In this document: positions 1 to 9,438 of the stretch, piece after piece
Layout: every line of letters starts with the position of its first letter
How positions within the stretch are numbered: the stretch's first letter is position 1
From: an uncultured Clostridia bacterium
GTDB lineage: Bacteria > Bacillota > Clostridia > TANB77 > CAG-508
Assembly (NCBI GenBank): GCA_944387435.1
Contig: CALXEW010000002.1
Location: 78,951-142,950 of the forward strand
Direction: 5' to 3'
DNA: 64,000 nucleotides
The notes under the pieces: model-generated
What the model was told of the DNA's origin: nothing
Seen by the model: only the letters and a program-made list of their open reading frames with translations
The model's database searches: none
Made by a program: the position numbers and the translations under genes

Positions 1-597
1 GAAACAGGAATATTAAATAAGTTTATGGGATTGTTAATACATGACCATGAAACAGTAATGTATAATTATGGAACAGAACATGCAGAGTGCAATGTGCATA
101 TATTAAGATATTTAAAAGGATGTAACGAAAACACAGGAAATAAATGGGCGATAAAAATACGTTCATTATTAAGCGAACTAAATAAATATAGAAAGAGGTT
201 GAAAGAAAGAGGAATAGAAAAAATAGACAAAGAAAAGCTAGAAAGATATTCAAAAAGATATGAAGAGATAATGGAAGAAGGCTACGAAGAAAATAAAAAA
301 ATAAAATCAAAATATATAAGGCAAGATGAGCAAAAATTACTAAATAGATTAAAGAAATATAAAGAAAATCATTTAAAGTTTCTTTATGATTTTAGAGTGC
401 CATTTGATAATAACTTAGCAGAAAGAGATTTAAGAAATTTCAAAATAAAATTAAAAGTATCAGGAAGATTTAATAGTATGGAAGGAATGAAAGTATATTC
501 AAATATAAGAAGTATAATAGTAACATTTAAGAAACAAGGAAAAAATTTCTATGAAGCAATAAATAATATATACAAAAATATCCCAGTTAGCATATAG
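1..597 (+). mobile_element. IS66-family (ISBst12-like) transposase gene, 3' part; 5' end lies outside the window
   Basis: Frame is open from base 1 (ETGILNKFMGLLIHDHE...). Motifs CNVHILRYLKG and FDNNLAERDLRNFKIKLKVSGRF resemble the C-terminal region of IS66-group transposases. Confidence 0.55.
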
Positions 598-640
598 CTA
601 ATTAGGATATTTTTTATTACTTAAGTCTGAACAGTAACCC

Positions 641-1222
641 TTATTCTTTTTTATCTAATTTATCTTTCAACTTTTCTAAAGCAATTCTTCTACTACTTAT
701 ATCATTTTTCTCTTTTTTAGATAATTCTGCTAAAGTTTTTCCATTTTCTAATTCAAATATGCTATCAAACCCAAAACCATTATTTCCTCTTTCTTCTTTA
801 GATATTTTTCCTTCTATAATACCTTCAACTACAATTGTATTATCATTATCAACATAAGCTATATCACATACAACTTTTGCATTTCTTTCTTCTCCACTTT
901 TGTCTTTCATCTTTTCTAATATGTATTTATTTCTATCTTCCTGTGATGCTTTATCTCCCAAAAATCTTGCTGTTTCTACTCCTGGCCAACCATTAAAAAT
1001 ATCTATACATAAACCACTATCGTCTGCTATGCAAGGTATATTAGCTATCTTAAATATTTCATTTGCTTTCTTTAAAGAATTCCCTTTAAATGTATTCTCA
1101 TCTTCTTCAACTTTTACATTAATGCCTACTTCTTCTAGGCTTAGTAATTCATAATCAGATAAAATTTCTCTTATTTCTTTTAACTTTCCTTTATTATTAG
1201 TTGCAACTATAATCTTTTTCAT
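641..1222 (-). CDS. rdgB: RdgB/HAM1 non-canonical purine NTP pyrophosphatase
   Basis: 193 aa. N-terminus MKKIIVATNNKGKLKEIREIL and FGFDSIF motif are typical of the Ham1/RdgB family. Confidence 0.85.
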   Translation of the reverse strand: MKKIIVATNNKGKLKEIREILSDYELLSLEEVGINVKVEEDENTFKGNSLKKANEIFKIANIPCIADDSGLCIDIFNGWPGVETARFLGDKASQEDRNKYILEKMKDKSGEERNAKVVCDIAYVDNDNTIVVEGIIEGKISKEERGNNGFGFDSIFELENGKTLAELSKKEKNDISSRRIALEKLKDKLDKKE

Positions 1223-1557
1223 TATCTTTCTTCCCCTGTATCTATTTTCTTTTGTTCTTTACTACTAGTATTTAAACTATAATTATTTAATAGTTGTTTA
1301 ACATTTCCATATATAGCTTCTTCACTATCTTGACCATCTCCTCTACTTATCACATCAAGTAACTGTGAATACATTATGCTCTCTTCATTTTCTTCGCCAA
1401 TCATTGCTAGATGTCTATTTGTTCTTATTTGCTCTAATTTACCTATCATTTCTTCATAATCTTTTGCCTTTTCATCTCCTGCAAATTTCGCTCTGATATT
1501 TAATATTTTTAAATGTCCTTCAAATTTTCTAAACATTCCTTCTTTATTTCTATTCAT
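1222..1557 (-). CDS. hypothetical protein (about 111 aa)
   Basis: ORF with AGAGGT RBS ahead of the internal ATG (MNRNKEGMF...). Stop overlaps the rdgB start. No recognisable family. Confidence 0.4.
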   Translation of the reverse strand: MNRNKEGMFRKFEGHLKILNIRAKFAGDEKAKDYEEMIGKLEQIRTNRHLAMIGEENEESIMYSQLLDVISRGDGQDSEEAIYGNVKQLLNNYSLNTSSKEQKKIDTGEER

Positions 1558-1705
1558 TTTTATTACCTCTTTGTTTTTGTAATAATAACAGCTTTCTTTT
1601 TTTTTGTCCAGCATAAATTCTAAATTTTACACATAATAAAAACTTTTCCATAACGAAAAATTAATTATAGAAAAGCTTTTTAAAATTAAGATTATCAATC
1701 TAATT

Positions 1706-2464
1706 CTATTCTTTTACCTTCGCTCCCACTACTACAAATCTTCCATCTTTCACATGATATGAGCAAGTAGATAAAGTAACCAATTGCGTTCCATAATCCG
1801 CTGTTTTTTCTATATTATATAAAGAAATATCTTTTATATTTTTTATATAATAATTATATTCTTCCTCTGTTTTTGGGTTTATAAAAAAGTAATATTTAAA
1901 TACATTATCATTTGTATTATATACTTTTGACCTGAAGACAGAAATTATATCATATACACCTTCTTCATCAGCAGTTGTAAAAGAAATTGTTAGGTGCTCT
2001 TTATAATAACTTTCATCAGCATATTTTAATAATTCTTGAAACATGGTTCCATTATTTAAATTATGTCCATAAATCAGATAGTTATTACTTGGTATATTCC
2101 AATCATAATCTTTATCTAAAAAGATGGCCCCATTTTTCGATTTTTCCTTCTTATAATTATGAGTCATATAATATTCGTTGTCATTTCCTTGCACCACTGG
2201 ATAACTTATATTAGTATTTTCAATTTCAAGAAATCCAACCACATCTGAATTTTCTTGCTGTAAGCTTTTCACTTGTATCATTCTTTTTGTACTTTCTTTT
2301 GTTACTTTACTCTCATCAACTTCTATTGTGTCTACTATTTTAGTTTCTTCTACAGCTTCCTTTTTCCAATAAAATTCTCTTACTATATATATAATTGATA
2401 TAATTATTAAAGAAACTAAAACAAAATAAATTAGTAAAGTTATTTTTTTATTAACTTTTTTCAT
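1706..2464 (-). CDS. srtB: class B sortase
   Basis: N-terminal TM anchor. ISYPVVQGNDNEYY, IYGHN and LVTLSTCSY (catalytic Cys) motifs are typical of sortase B. Confidence 0.8.
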   Translation of the reverse strand: MKKVNKKITLLIYFVLVSLIIISIIYIVREFYWKKEAVEETKIVDTIEVDESKVTKESTKRMIQVKSLQQENSDVVGFLEIENTNISYPVVQGNDNEYYMTHNYKKEKSKNGAIFLDKDYDWNIPSNNYLIYGHNLNNGTMFQELLKYADESYYKEHLTISFTTADEEGVYDIISVFRSKVYNTNDNVFKYYFFINPKTEEEYNYYIKNIKDISLYNIEKTADYGTQLVTLSTCSYHVKDGRFVVVGAKVKE

Positions 2465-2490
2465 CTATTTTATAAGGATAGACTTTTTGT

Positions 2491-3615
2491 CTATCCTTTC
2501 TTATTTTTATTTTTCATTAAAACAATAGTTGTTGTTGAGAATAATACCGTAAGTACAGCAATTCCTAAATAACTTTCAATTCCTGTTTTTGGTGTATTAT
2601 CTTTTTCCACTTTTTCTACTGTATTTGTGGTATTATTTGTATTTTCTTGAACTTCAGAAAGTTTAACAAAGATAGTAGTATCTTTTGTTATAGTATTATT
2701 AAAGTCGAATTTTGTTGTAAAATCTGCATCTGTATAAAATCCTTCAACTGTATAGCCACTACTTACATCAATATGAGATTTTAACATATCTTCTGTTAAA
2801 GTACTTCCTGAGTCTACTGCTATTTTATAAGTTTTATCATTTACAACTAAACTTACTACAAGTTTTTGAATATCAACATTTGGTGTTGCTTTATCTGGTA
2901 TGTTAGACTCTGCTATAACATTATTATCCTTATCGGTTAATACAACCTTATCACCTGAAAGAACAACTTTATTTGTTGTATTTGATGTGTTTGTAATAGT
3001 AAAATCTGTAAGATGTCCATTTTCAGCAACACGAATTGCATTTTCATTTGTATCAGTAGTTAAAACTCCATTCATTACTAAGGTAGGATTATTAGTAGCT
3101 GATGCACCTTTATCTATTTCGATGCCGTTATTTGAGCCTGTACCATTATATCCTAAGTGTAAGTTTCTTACTTCTACTTTTCCTCCATTTGCTAAAACTC
3201 CACCATATTTAAAGCCACTTATTGAAACATTGTCAAGAATTACAGTTGCTCCATCATATGATTGAACACCATATTTAGGTCCATTTTTTAAATTAATGTC
3301 TTTTAATGTAAGTTTTCCTTCTGCAAATTGTGCTGTAAACATTGTTTGGTTTCCTGATGTAGATGTCCAACTATTATCACCTACCACATTATGCCCATTT
3401 CCATCAATTGTAAGTTCTTTTTGAATTACTATTGGTTTTGTTACTGTTATATCATTTTGAAGTGTTATTGTTGAACCTGAGTCCGCTGTATTTACCGCTT
3501 CATTTAATGAAGTTTCATCGTTGACTTGTGTCGCAGCATTGCTTAAATTTGGTATTATAAATAAACTACCTAATAAAATCATAAAAAATACTATTATTTT
3601 TATTGTATTTTTCAT
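2491..3615 (-). CDS. cell-wall-anchored surface protein (beta-helix-like repeats) with C-terminal sorting signal TPKTG
   Basis: Signal peptide, Gly/Asn/Thr-rich repetitive body. C-terminus is NTPKTG + hydrophobic stretch + KNKNKKG. Lies directly downstream of srtB. Confidence 0.7.
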   Translation of the reverse strand: MKNTIKIIVFFMILLGSLFIIPNLSNAATQVNDETSLNEAVNTADSGSTITLQNDITVTKPIVIQKELTIDGNGHNVVGDNSWTSTSGNQTMFTAQFAEGKLTLKDINLKNGPKYGVQSYDGATVILDNVSISGFKYGGVLANGGKVEVRNLHLGYNGTGSNNGIEIDKGASATNNPTLVMNGVLTTDTNENAIRVAENGHLTDFTITNTSNTTNKVVLSGDKVVLTDKDNNVIAESNIPDKATPNVDIQKLVVSLVVNDKTYKIAVDSGSTLTEDMLKSHIDVSSGYTVEGFYTDADFTTKFDFNNTITKDTTIFVKLSEVQENTNNTTNTVEKVEKDNTPKTGIESYLGIAVLTVLFSTTTIVLMKNKNKKG

Positions 3616-3767
3616 TTTTTCACCTCCTGTTTTTATTATTTTTCTCCATTTTATATAAATTTATTTCATTAATTTTTTCCAATTAATTTTTATAATTTAA
3701 TTTATCTAAAAATTATGTAATAAGACTTACAACAAAAATTTAAAATTAATTTTTTTTACTTTTTGTA

Positions 3768-3796
3768 TTGACAAATCACTTTTTACATATTATAAT
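3768..3796 (+). promoter_or_regulatory. sigma-A type promoter for tRNA-Leu
   Basis: TTGACA (3768-3773), 17-nt spacer, TATAAT (3791-3796), about 35 nt upstream of the tRNA. Confidence 0.6.
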
Positions 3797-3830
3797 AACT
3801 ATTGTCGTAAGAAAAACCAATTCTTTATAT

Positions 3831-3919
3831 GCAGATGTGGCGGAATTGGTAGACGCACAGGACTTAAAATCCTGCGAGGGTTAAACCTCGTGCCGGTTCG
3901 ATTCCGGCCATCTGCACCA
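3831..3919 (+). tRNA. tRNA-Leu (anticodon UAA), type II with long variable arm, encoded CCA
   Basis: Acceptor stem GCAGATG/CATCTGC, anticodon loop CTTAAAA, long variable arm, TPsiC arm GGTTCGATTCC, 3' ACCA. Confidence 0.9.
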
Positions 3920-3962
3920 TAGATTTATCAATACTTTAAAGTTTTGATAGATCTATTTTTTT
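3920..3962 (+). terminator. intrinsic terminator after tRNA-Leu
   Basis: TAGATTTATCAA / TTGATAGATCTA stem (11 of 12 bp) followed by a T-run. Confidence 0.5.
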
Positions 3963-4106
3963 ATTTTTATATTAATCTTTAAGACAATTTGCCTTCTATT
4001 CTAAGCTTCATATTTTTCAATATAATATTTGATAAAAAAGATTGCAGTTTGATATATTTTAATATATACTAAGTTTAATATATTGAAAATTAATAGGGGG
4101 ATTAAT

Positions 4107-4829
4107 ATGTTTAGAAATCGTGGGGAACTACCAAACATTGGTAATGAACCTAGCGAAGGTGGATATCGCGCACCTCATTATAGGCATTACTGGAATGGTA
4201 GATTTATTATCATATATTATGATTTAAAATTTGTTGCAATACAATTAATATTATCTCTAATAATTATCCTAACAGTATTAGCTGTATATCTCACTTCATA
4301 CCAAGTCACATTTGAAGACCCAATTTCTGAAGTGAAGCAAACTTTTTTAAGCGCTCAAAGTATTTCAATAATAACGGTACTTGTTATAAGCGGACTAGTT
4401 ACATTTCTTACTAGAAGTAGCAAAGAAAACTTAATAAGAAATTTGAGAATAATTGCACTTATATATACAATTTCAATAATTGTATTTCTAGGAGTAAAAA
4501 TACATCTTGATAACAAATATAATAATGAAGCTACCTTTGGAGAATTTTATGAACAATATGAGACGCAAGCTAATGATAACTCTAAATCACTTAAATTTGG
4601 ATTATTTTCAGGAATTTCAATATCAGACCCAAAAGAAGCATATATAAATGAAAGCATGAGCGCTTATACTAATTTTTCAACTAAAGTAATAGTATATATG
4701 GTAATTCAATTTATAATTGTTGCTATATTATTCTATTTATCCTCTAGATTATCTAGAATTGAAGAAAAGAAACAAAGACTTTCAAAAGACGATAAAATTT
4801 TATTTGACGAAGAACAAAATATTCTTTAA
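4107..4829 (+). CDS. hypothetical polytopic membrane protein
   Basis: AGGGGG RBS before ATG 4107. Several hydrophobic segments. No recognised family. Confidence 0.5.
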   Translation: MFRNRGELPNIGNEPSEGGYRAPHYRHYWNGRFIIIYYDLKFVAIQLILSLIIILTVLAVYLTSYQVTFEDPISEVKQTFLSAQSISIITVLVISGLVTFLTRSSKENLIRNLRIIALIYTISIIVFLGVKIHLDNKYNNEATFGEFYEQYETQANDNSKSLKFGLFSGISISDPKEAYINESMSAYTNFSTKVIVYMVIQFIIVAILFYLSSRLSRIEEKKQRLSKDDKILFDEEQNIL

Positions 4830-4872
4830 ACAAAAATGGTTATATAACTCAATTTATATAACCATTTTTTTA

Positions 4873-5382
4873 TTACAATTTATCGTAAAAGGTATCTTCA
4901 TAGCTATCATATACTGGTTCACTTCCCTCTGCTTTCTTTAAAGAAGAATATGTTTTATAAAGCAATATAATTGATGCAATTAAAAGAACATCTACTAGAT
5001 ATGGTGCTAAATAGTAGAAAAATTGGTCACCAGTAAGATAATACATAGAAACTTCAATAAATACTTCACCTATATTTGCAAGTAAATCGATAAAATCATA
5101 AATTATTAACCATCCTATAGGAATCATAGCAATAATTGTATATCTTTTTAAAACTCTAAAATCATTTTGCCCCATTTTATTATATGCTATTACAATAAAT
5201 ACCAAAGAAATTACCTCGAAAACTAATCCAAAATCAAAAGCTTTAAATAAAACTAATGGTAGTATATATGTCAGAATACTTAAGAACATTATTACCATAC
5301 ATTTTTTTAATAAATTTTCTGCCTTATCTTTATATACTTTTCTAATATGTGTTTTATTCTCATTATTTTGATTATTATTCAC
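4873..5382 (-). CDS. hypothetical membrane protein
   Basis: 169-aa ORF with about 4 hydrophobic helices, convergent with the previous gene. Confidence 0.45.
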   Translation of the reverse strand: MNNNQNNENKTHIRKVYKDKAENLLKKCMVIMFLSILTYILPLVLFKAFDFGLVFEVISLVFIVIAYNKMGQNDFRVLKRYTIIAMIPIGWLIIYDFIDLLANIGEVFIEVSMYYLTGDQFFYYLAPYLVDVLLIASIILLYKTYSSLKKAEGSEPVYDSYEDTFYDKL

Positions 5383-5545
5383 TTTTCTATCCCCTTTAAT
5401 ATTTCATTTAACATTATTTTATTCTATTTTTTATAACAATACAATAATTTTATATAATTTTAACTTATTTCTATAAAGACTATTAACAAAATATCTTTAT
5501 ACTTTGTTAATAGCCTAATAAAATATATTTCTTATCTCAAATAGT

Positions 5546-6829
5546 TTACCACTCTTTTTTGTAGTTTATTAATTCTAAAATATATCCTGCTAAACAATAT
5601 GGTGCTAAAATAAATGCATAAAGTAAAATATAAACAATAAATGCTAGAGCACTTCTTCTTTTTAATTTACAGTCAATCTCTTTTAACATATTTTTTCTTC
5701 TAATTTCAATCAATAAGCATAGTAGTAAACCAAATGGAATCACAAGTAATGATATCCATCCTATTAATAACGGATTACACAAAGCTAAGAAAATTAATCC
5801 TAATGGTACAAAAATAAGAAGTGCTAAATCTATAAAAGGGAAAAATATATTTAAAAACATTAAAAATTTAGATTTTATACTCATTTTCTTAGACGTAAAT
5901 ATTTTTACCTTCTTAAAAGCTTCTATCATACCTCTTGCCCATCTTTTTCTTTGCTTACCTAAATCTCTAAATTTTTCTGGAACTTCAGTATAAGCAATTG
6001 CATTTTTAGCAAAATTTGTTTTATAACCTTTAGAAAGTAATTGCCAAGTTAAAACAATATCTTCTCCTACGCAAGTTTGCCAGCCTCCAATTTCTTTTAA
6101 CATCTTTGTTTTATAAGCGCTAAAAGCACCTTGAGCAACTAGTGTTGAATTATAATTTCCTTGAACATATTTAACTCCAAAAATTCCTAAAGTATAATCC
6201 CATTCTTGTAATTTTGTAATGAAGCTCTTCTTTCCATTTTTAACAAATAAACATCCTGCTGTAGCTGCAGTATTTTCACTAGAATTTTTTAATTTACTTA
6301 TAATATTTCTTATTGCTAATGGATGCAATACAGTATCACTACCTATTGTAATTGTATAATCTGTTTTTACATTATCTAATCCTTTATTTAAAGCCTCCGC
6401 TTTTCCTTTATGCTTTGCTTCTATAATACTTACTTTAGACTCTAAATCCATTGATTTTAATAATTCTAAAGTTCCATCTGTTGAACCATCATCTATAATA
6501 TTTATATAAATGTTTCCACAATATTTTTGTTTCTTTATTGACTCTATAGTTTCCATTATTGATTTTTCTGCATTATAAACTGGAATTAAGACTGTTACAT
6601 CTTCTTCTTTTTGTTTTTTTACCTTTTTATCTTTTTTATTAAATAATAAGCTAATAAAATTGAATACATAATTAAATCCAGGAATTATTGCTACAAATAC
6701 TACCAAGTAAATTGCTAAGAAATATCCCAAGTAACATGCTATATCATTAATCCAACTAACGTTTATACATATTGAGAAGATAAGATATATAAGTGCGACT
6801 ATAATTGATGTCAAAAACATTTTTATCAC
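5546..6829 (-). CDS. family 2 glycosyltransferase, processive PgaC/IcaA-like synthase
   Basis: N- and C-terminal TM helices flank a GT2 domain (VLIPVYNAE, DDGSTD, GSDT, QRKRWARG = QxxRW). Confidence 0.75.
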   Translation of the reverse strand: MIKMFLTSIIVALIYLIFSICINVSWINDIACYLGYFLAIYLVVFVAIIPGFNYVFNFISLLFNKKDKKVKKQKEEDVTVLIPVYNAEKSIMETIESIKKQKYCGNIYINIIDDGSTDGTLELLKSMDLESKVSIIEAKHKGKAEALNKGLDNVKTDYTITIGSDTVLHPLAIRNIISKLKNSSENTAATAGCLFVKNGKKSFITKLQEWDYTLGIFGVKYVQGNYNSTLVAQGAFSAYKTKMLKEIGGWQTCVGEDIVLTWQLLSKGYKTNFAKNAIAYTEVPEKFRDLGKQRKRWARGMIEAFKKVKIFTSKKMSIKSKFLMFLNIFFPFIDLALLIFVPLGLIFLALCNPLLIGWISLLVIPFGLLLCLLIEIRRKNMLKEIDCKLKRRSALAFIVYILLYAFILAPYCLAGYILELINYKKEW

Positions 6830-6918
6830 TTCATATTATCATACGAAAACTGATAATAAATGGTGATTCGTGTCAAAAGATGTCGAAAATAAATATAATA
6901 AAAAGAGGTGAATAGAAA

Positions 6919-7710
6919 TTGAGTTTGAAGAAATTATTAATAATATTTTTAATAATAATTTTTATACTTGTTTATATATTTAGCTATAATCAATACAAAC
7001 ACAATAAAAGAGCTGATGTTAAAATTCCAATCTTACTTTATCATAATTTTGTAACAACTATTCCTGATAGTGACCCTGATAACTTTAATTATATAAATAC
7101 TCCAGAAAGTTTTGAGGAAAATGTAAAAACTCTTTTGGGAAATGGTTATACTATAATATCAATGAAAGATTTGTCTAATGCATATAGTGGTAAAACAAGC
7201 TTACCTGGTAAACCAATTATCATAACTTTTGATGATGGATACTATAGTAATTACGAATATATATATCCTATTTTAAAGAAATACAATGTAAAAGCTTCTA
7301 TTTTTATAATAACTGATAAAATTGGCGAAGAAATTGATAGTATAAAATATCTATCTTGGGATAATTGTTTAGAAATGCAAAATAGTGGTCTTGTAGAAAT
7401 ATTTAGCCATAGTACAAAACATGTTTTTTATGATAAATGTTCTCCTTATGAGCTACGTGACGATGTAAAAGAATCCTATCGTTTAATAGAAAAACATCTA
7501 GGTAAGCAAGATTTAAAAGTTTTCGCTTATCCATATGGTGCATATACAAACGAAACTGTAAGAACCTTAAAAAATAATGGCATTGATTTTCAAGTATATG
7601 ACATAGGAATAAACAACTTTAAATATTTAGATAAAAATTATATTAAAAGAATTAACATTCCTTGTGAGATGACAGGAATTGAAATTATAGAAGAAATAGA
7701 AAACTATTAA
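6919..7710 (+). CDS. polysaccharide deacetylase (NodB-homology domain), membrane anchored
   Basis: TM anchor, ITFDDGY and HS.KH motifs. Divergent from the GT2 gene. Confidence 0.75.
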   Translation: MSLKKLLIIFLIIIFILVYIFSYNQYKHNKRADVKIPILLYHNFVTTIPDSDPDNFNYINTPESFEENVKTLLGNGYTIISMKDLSNAYSGKTSLPGKPIIITFDDGYYSNYEYIYPILKKYNVKASIFIITDKIGEEIDSIKYLSWDNCLEMQNSGLVEIFSHSTKHVFYDKCSPYELRDDVKESYRLIEKHLGKQDLKVFAYPYGAYTNETVRTLKNNGIDFQVYDIGINNFKYLDKNYIKRINIPCEMTGIEIIEEIENY

Positions 7711-7753
7711 AGAAAAAAGTCATATGAGCATCTTACTCATATGACCTTATTTT

Positions 7754-8317
7754 TTATTCATCTGTTCCTGTTCCATCAAATGGAATAAATTTATTTACTA
7801 CACTTTCTGGATTCATATCATCTGTCCTAAACATTTTATATGAAGTATTAATTTTATTTTCTACTAATTGTTCTACTTCTTCTTGTGATGCATGTTCTGC
7901 CAAAACTAATTCACTTATCATTATTTGTTTTGCATTATTTAACATCTTCTTTTCACCTGTAGATAAACCTTTTTCTTTTTGTTTAAAACTCAAGTTTCTT
8001 ACTACATCTGCAACTTCATAGATATCTCCACTTTTCATTTTTTCCATGTTGTCTCTATATCTCTTGTTCCAGTTTTTATCCATTACAGTTTCATCTTGCT
8101 CTAGTACACCTATTACTTTATCTGCTGAACTTTTATCTATAATATTTCTTACACCTACTTCTTCTGCCTTTGCTGTCGGTACCATAACCTTAACTTCACC
8201 AGGCATCTTCAATATGTAATAAGATTGTTTCTCCCCTAAAATATCTTTTTCTTCAATAGCGTCTATTACCCCTGCACCATGCATTGGATATACTATCTTG
8301 TCTCCTACATTAAACAT
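7754..8317 (-). CDS. carD: CarD-family transcriptional regulator
   Basis: MFNVGDKIVYPMHGAGVIDAIEEK... is a typical CarD/TRCF RNAP-interacting domain. AAAGGAG RBS favours ATG at 8317. Confidence 0.8.
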   Translation of the reverse strand: MFNVGDKIVYPMHGAGVIDAIEEKDILGEKQSYYILKMPGEVKVMVPTAKAEEVGVRNIIDKSSADKVIGVLEQDETVMDKNWNKRYRDNMEKMKSGDIYEVADVVRNLSFKQKEKGLSTGEKKMLNNAKQIMISELVLAEHASQEEVEQLVENKINTSYKMFRTDDMNPESVVNKFIPFDGTGTDE

Positions 8318-8551
8318 GTAAGTCAACTCCTTTCAGCATAATATATTTTCGGCGAAAAAAAGATAATAAAGTTATGTCAAACTATGGTTTAAAATAACTT
8401 TATTGGATTTTTTAACCATATTTATTATACTACAAAAAAAGGCAAAAGTCAAAGCCTTTACCTTTCTTTTTTATGTATATTTTTTCTTGTTTTCATTGTC
8501 TTTCTAAAGGTTGCAGTTTCTTAAAAAAACTTTCAAAAAATTTTTTTATGT

Positions 8552-9013
8552 TTATTTACTAGTTGATCCAAAACCACCTTTTCTTTCTCCTTCAGCTGCA
8601 TCATCATCTGTAACTAAGTATTTTTGGAACACTCCTTGTCCTATTGCCTCACCTTTTTTTATTGTAATATCTTCATCTTTGATATTATAAAAAGCAAACA
8701 TAATGTGCCCATCATTATCTACATTTCCATAATAATCTTTATCAATTACCCCGACACTATTTGCAAGAATTAATCCTTTTTTCTTTGGATTAGAACTTCT
8801 ATTATATAAGAATAGTACTTCATCATCTTGCATATATGCTTTTAATCCTGTTTTTACAAGTGTTGGGTTCATTCCTTTTTTGAAGCTAGGAACTACTGTA
8901 TCTTCTGCAGCTTCTATATCATATCCTGCTGAATATTTTGTTTTTCTTATTGGTAAATTAATTTCCTTATCCTCAAATCCTTTTGCTACTTCAAATCCTC
9001 TTAATCTATTCAT
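8552..9013 (-). CDS. dut: dUTP diphosphatase
   Basis: 153 aa. SAGYD, NSVGVIDKDY and GGFGSTS motifs of trimeric dUTPases. Confidence 0.75.
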   Translation of the reverse strand: MNRLRGFEVAKGFEDKEINLPIRKTKYSAGYDIEAAEDTVVPSFKKGMNPTLVKTGLKAYMQDDEVLFLYNRSSNPKKKGLILANSVGVIDKDYYGNVDNDGHIMFAFYNIKDEDITIKKGEAIGQGVFQKYLVTDDDAAEGERKGGFGSTSK

Positions 9014-9147
9014 TTTTTATTCCTCCTTAAAATATTTAACTTTAATTTCGTCTGCTTCATTTTTTCACATCTAAAACATTTTGTCAATATGCACTTTTTC
9101 TTTTTCGACAAAATATAATAAAGTAAGGAAATTATAGGTGATATATT

Positions 9148-9376
9148 ATGGAAAATACTTTAAATAATCTGCCACTTAATTGTAAAGGATTCATAAAATC
9201 TTTAAACTGTACACGGAAATATTAGAAGAAGACTTTTAGATTTAGGTCTTGTTGCTGGTACGACTATTGTTCCAGTTTTGGTTAGTCCATCTAAAGGATT
9301 AAAAGCCTTTTATGTAAGAGGCTCTTTAATTGCTTTAAGAGATGAAGATTCTTCTTCTATTAAAGTTTCCTTCTAA
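9148..9376 (+). CDS. feoA: ferrous iron transport protein A; needs a +1 frame change at in-frame CGG 9214-9216
   Basis: Frame 0 gives MENTLNNLPLNCKGFIKSLNCT, then CGG AAA TAT TAG. From GGA 9215 the +1 frame gives GNIRRRLLDLGLVAGTTIVPV...VRGSLIALRDEDSSSIKVSF, the FeoA core. Confidence 0.7.
9214..9216 (+). other. in-frame CGG at frame change (ACA C GGA) in feoA
   Basis: Read directly from the sequence aactgtacacggaaatatt. Confidence 0.8.
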
Positions 9377-9438
9377 TTTGTAACTTTTTTATTTTTCACC
9401 TCATAAATTATATTATATTAATTTTGTGAGGTGATTCT

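Noticed and set aside
9014-9147. Fur box upstream of feoA
   Set aside because: A TTTTGTC...GACAAAA inverted repeat is present but is separated by 21 nt. It does not resemble the 7-1-7 TGATAAT-N-ATTATCA consensus, so I could not support a call.
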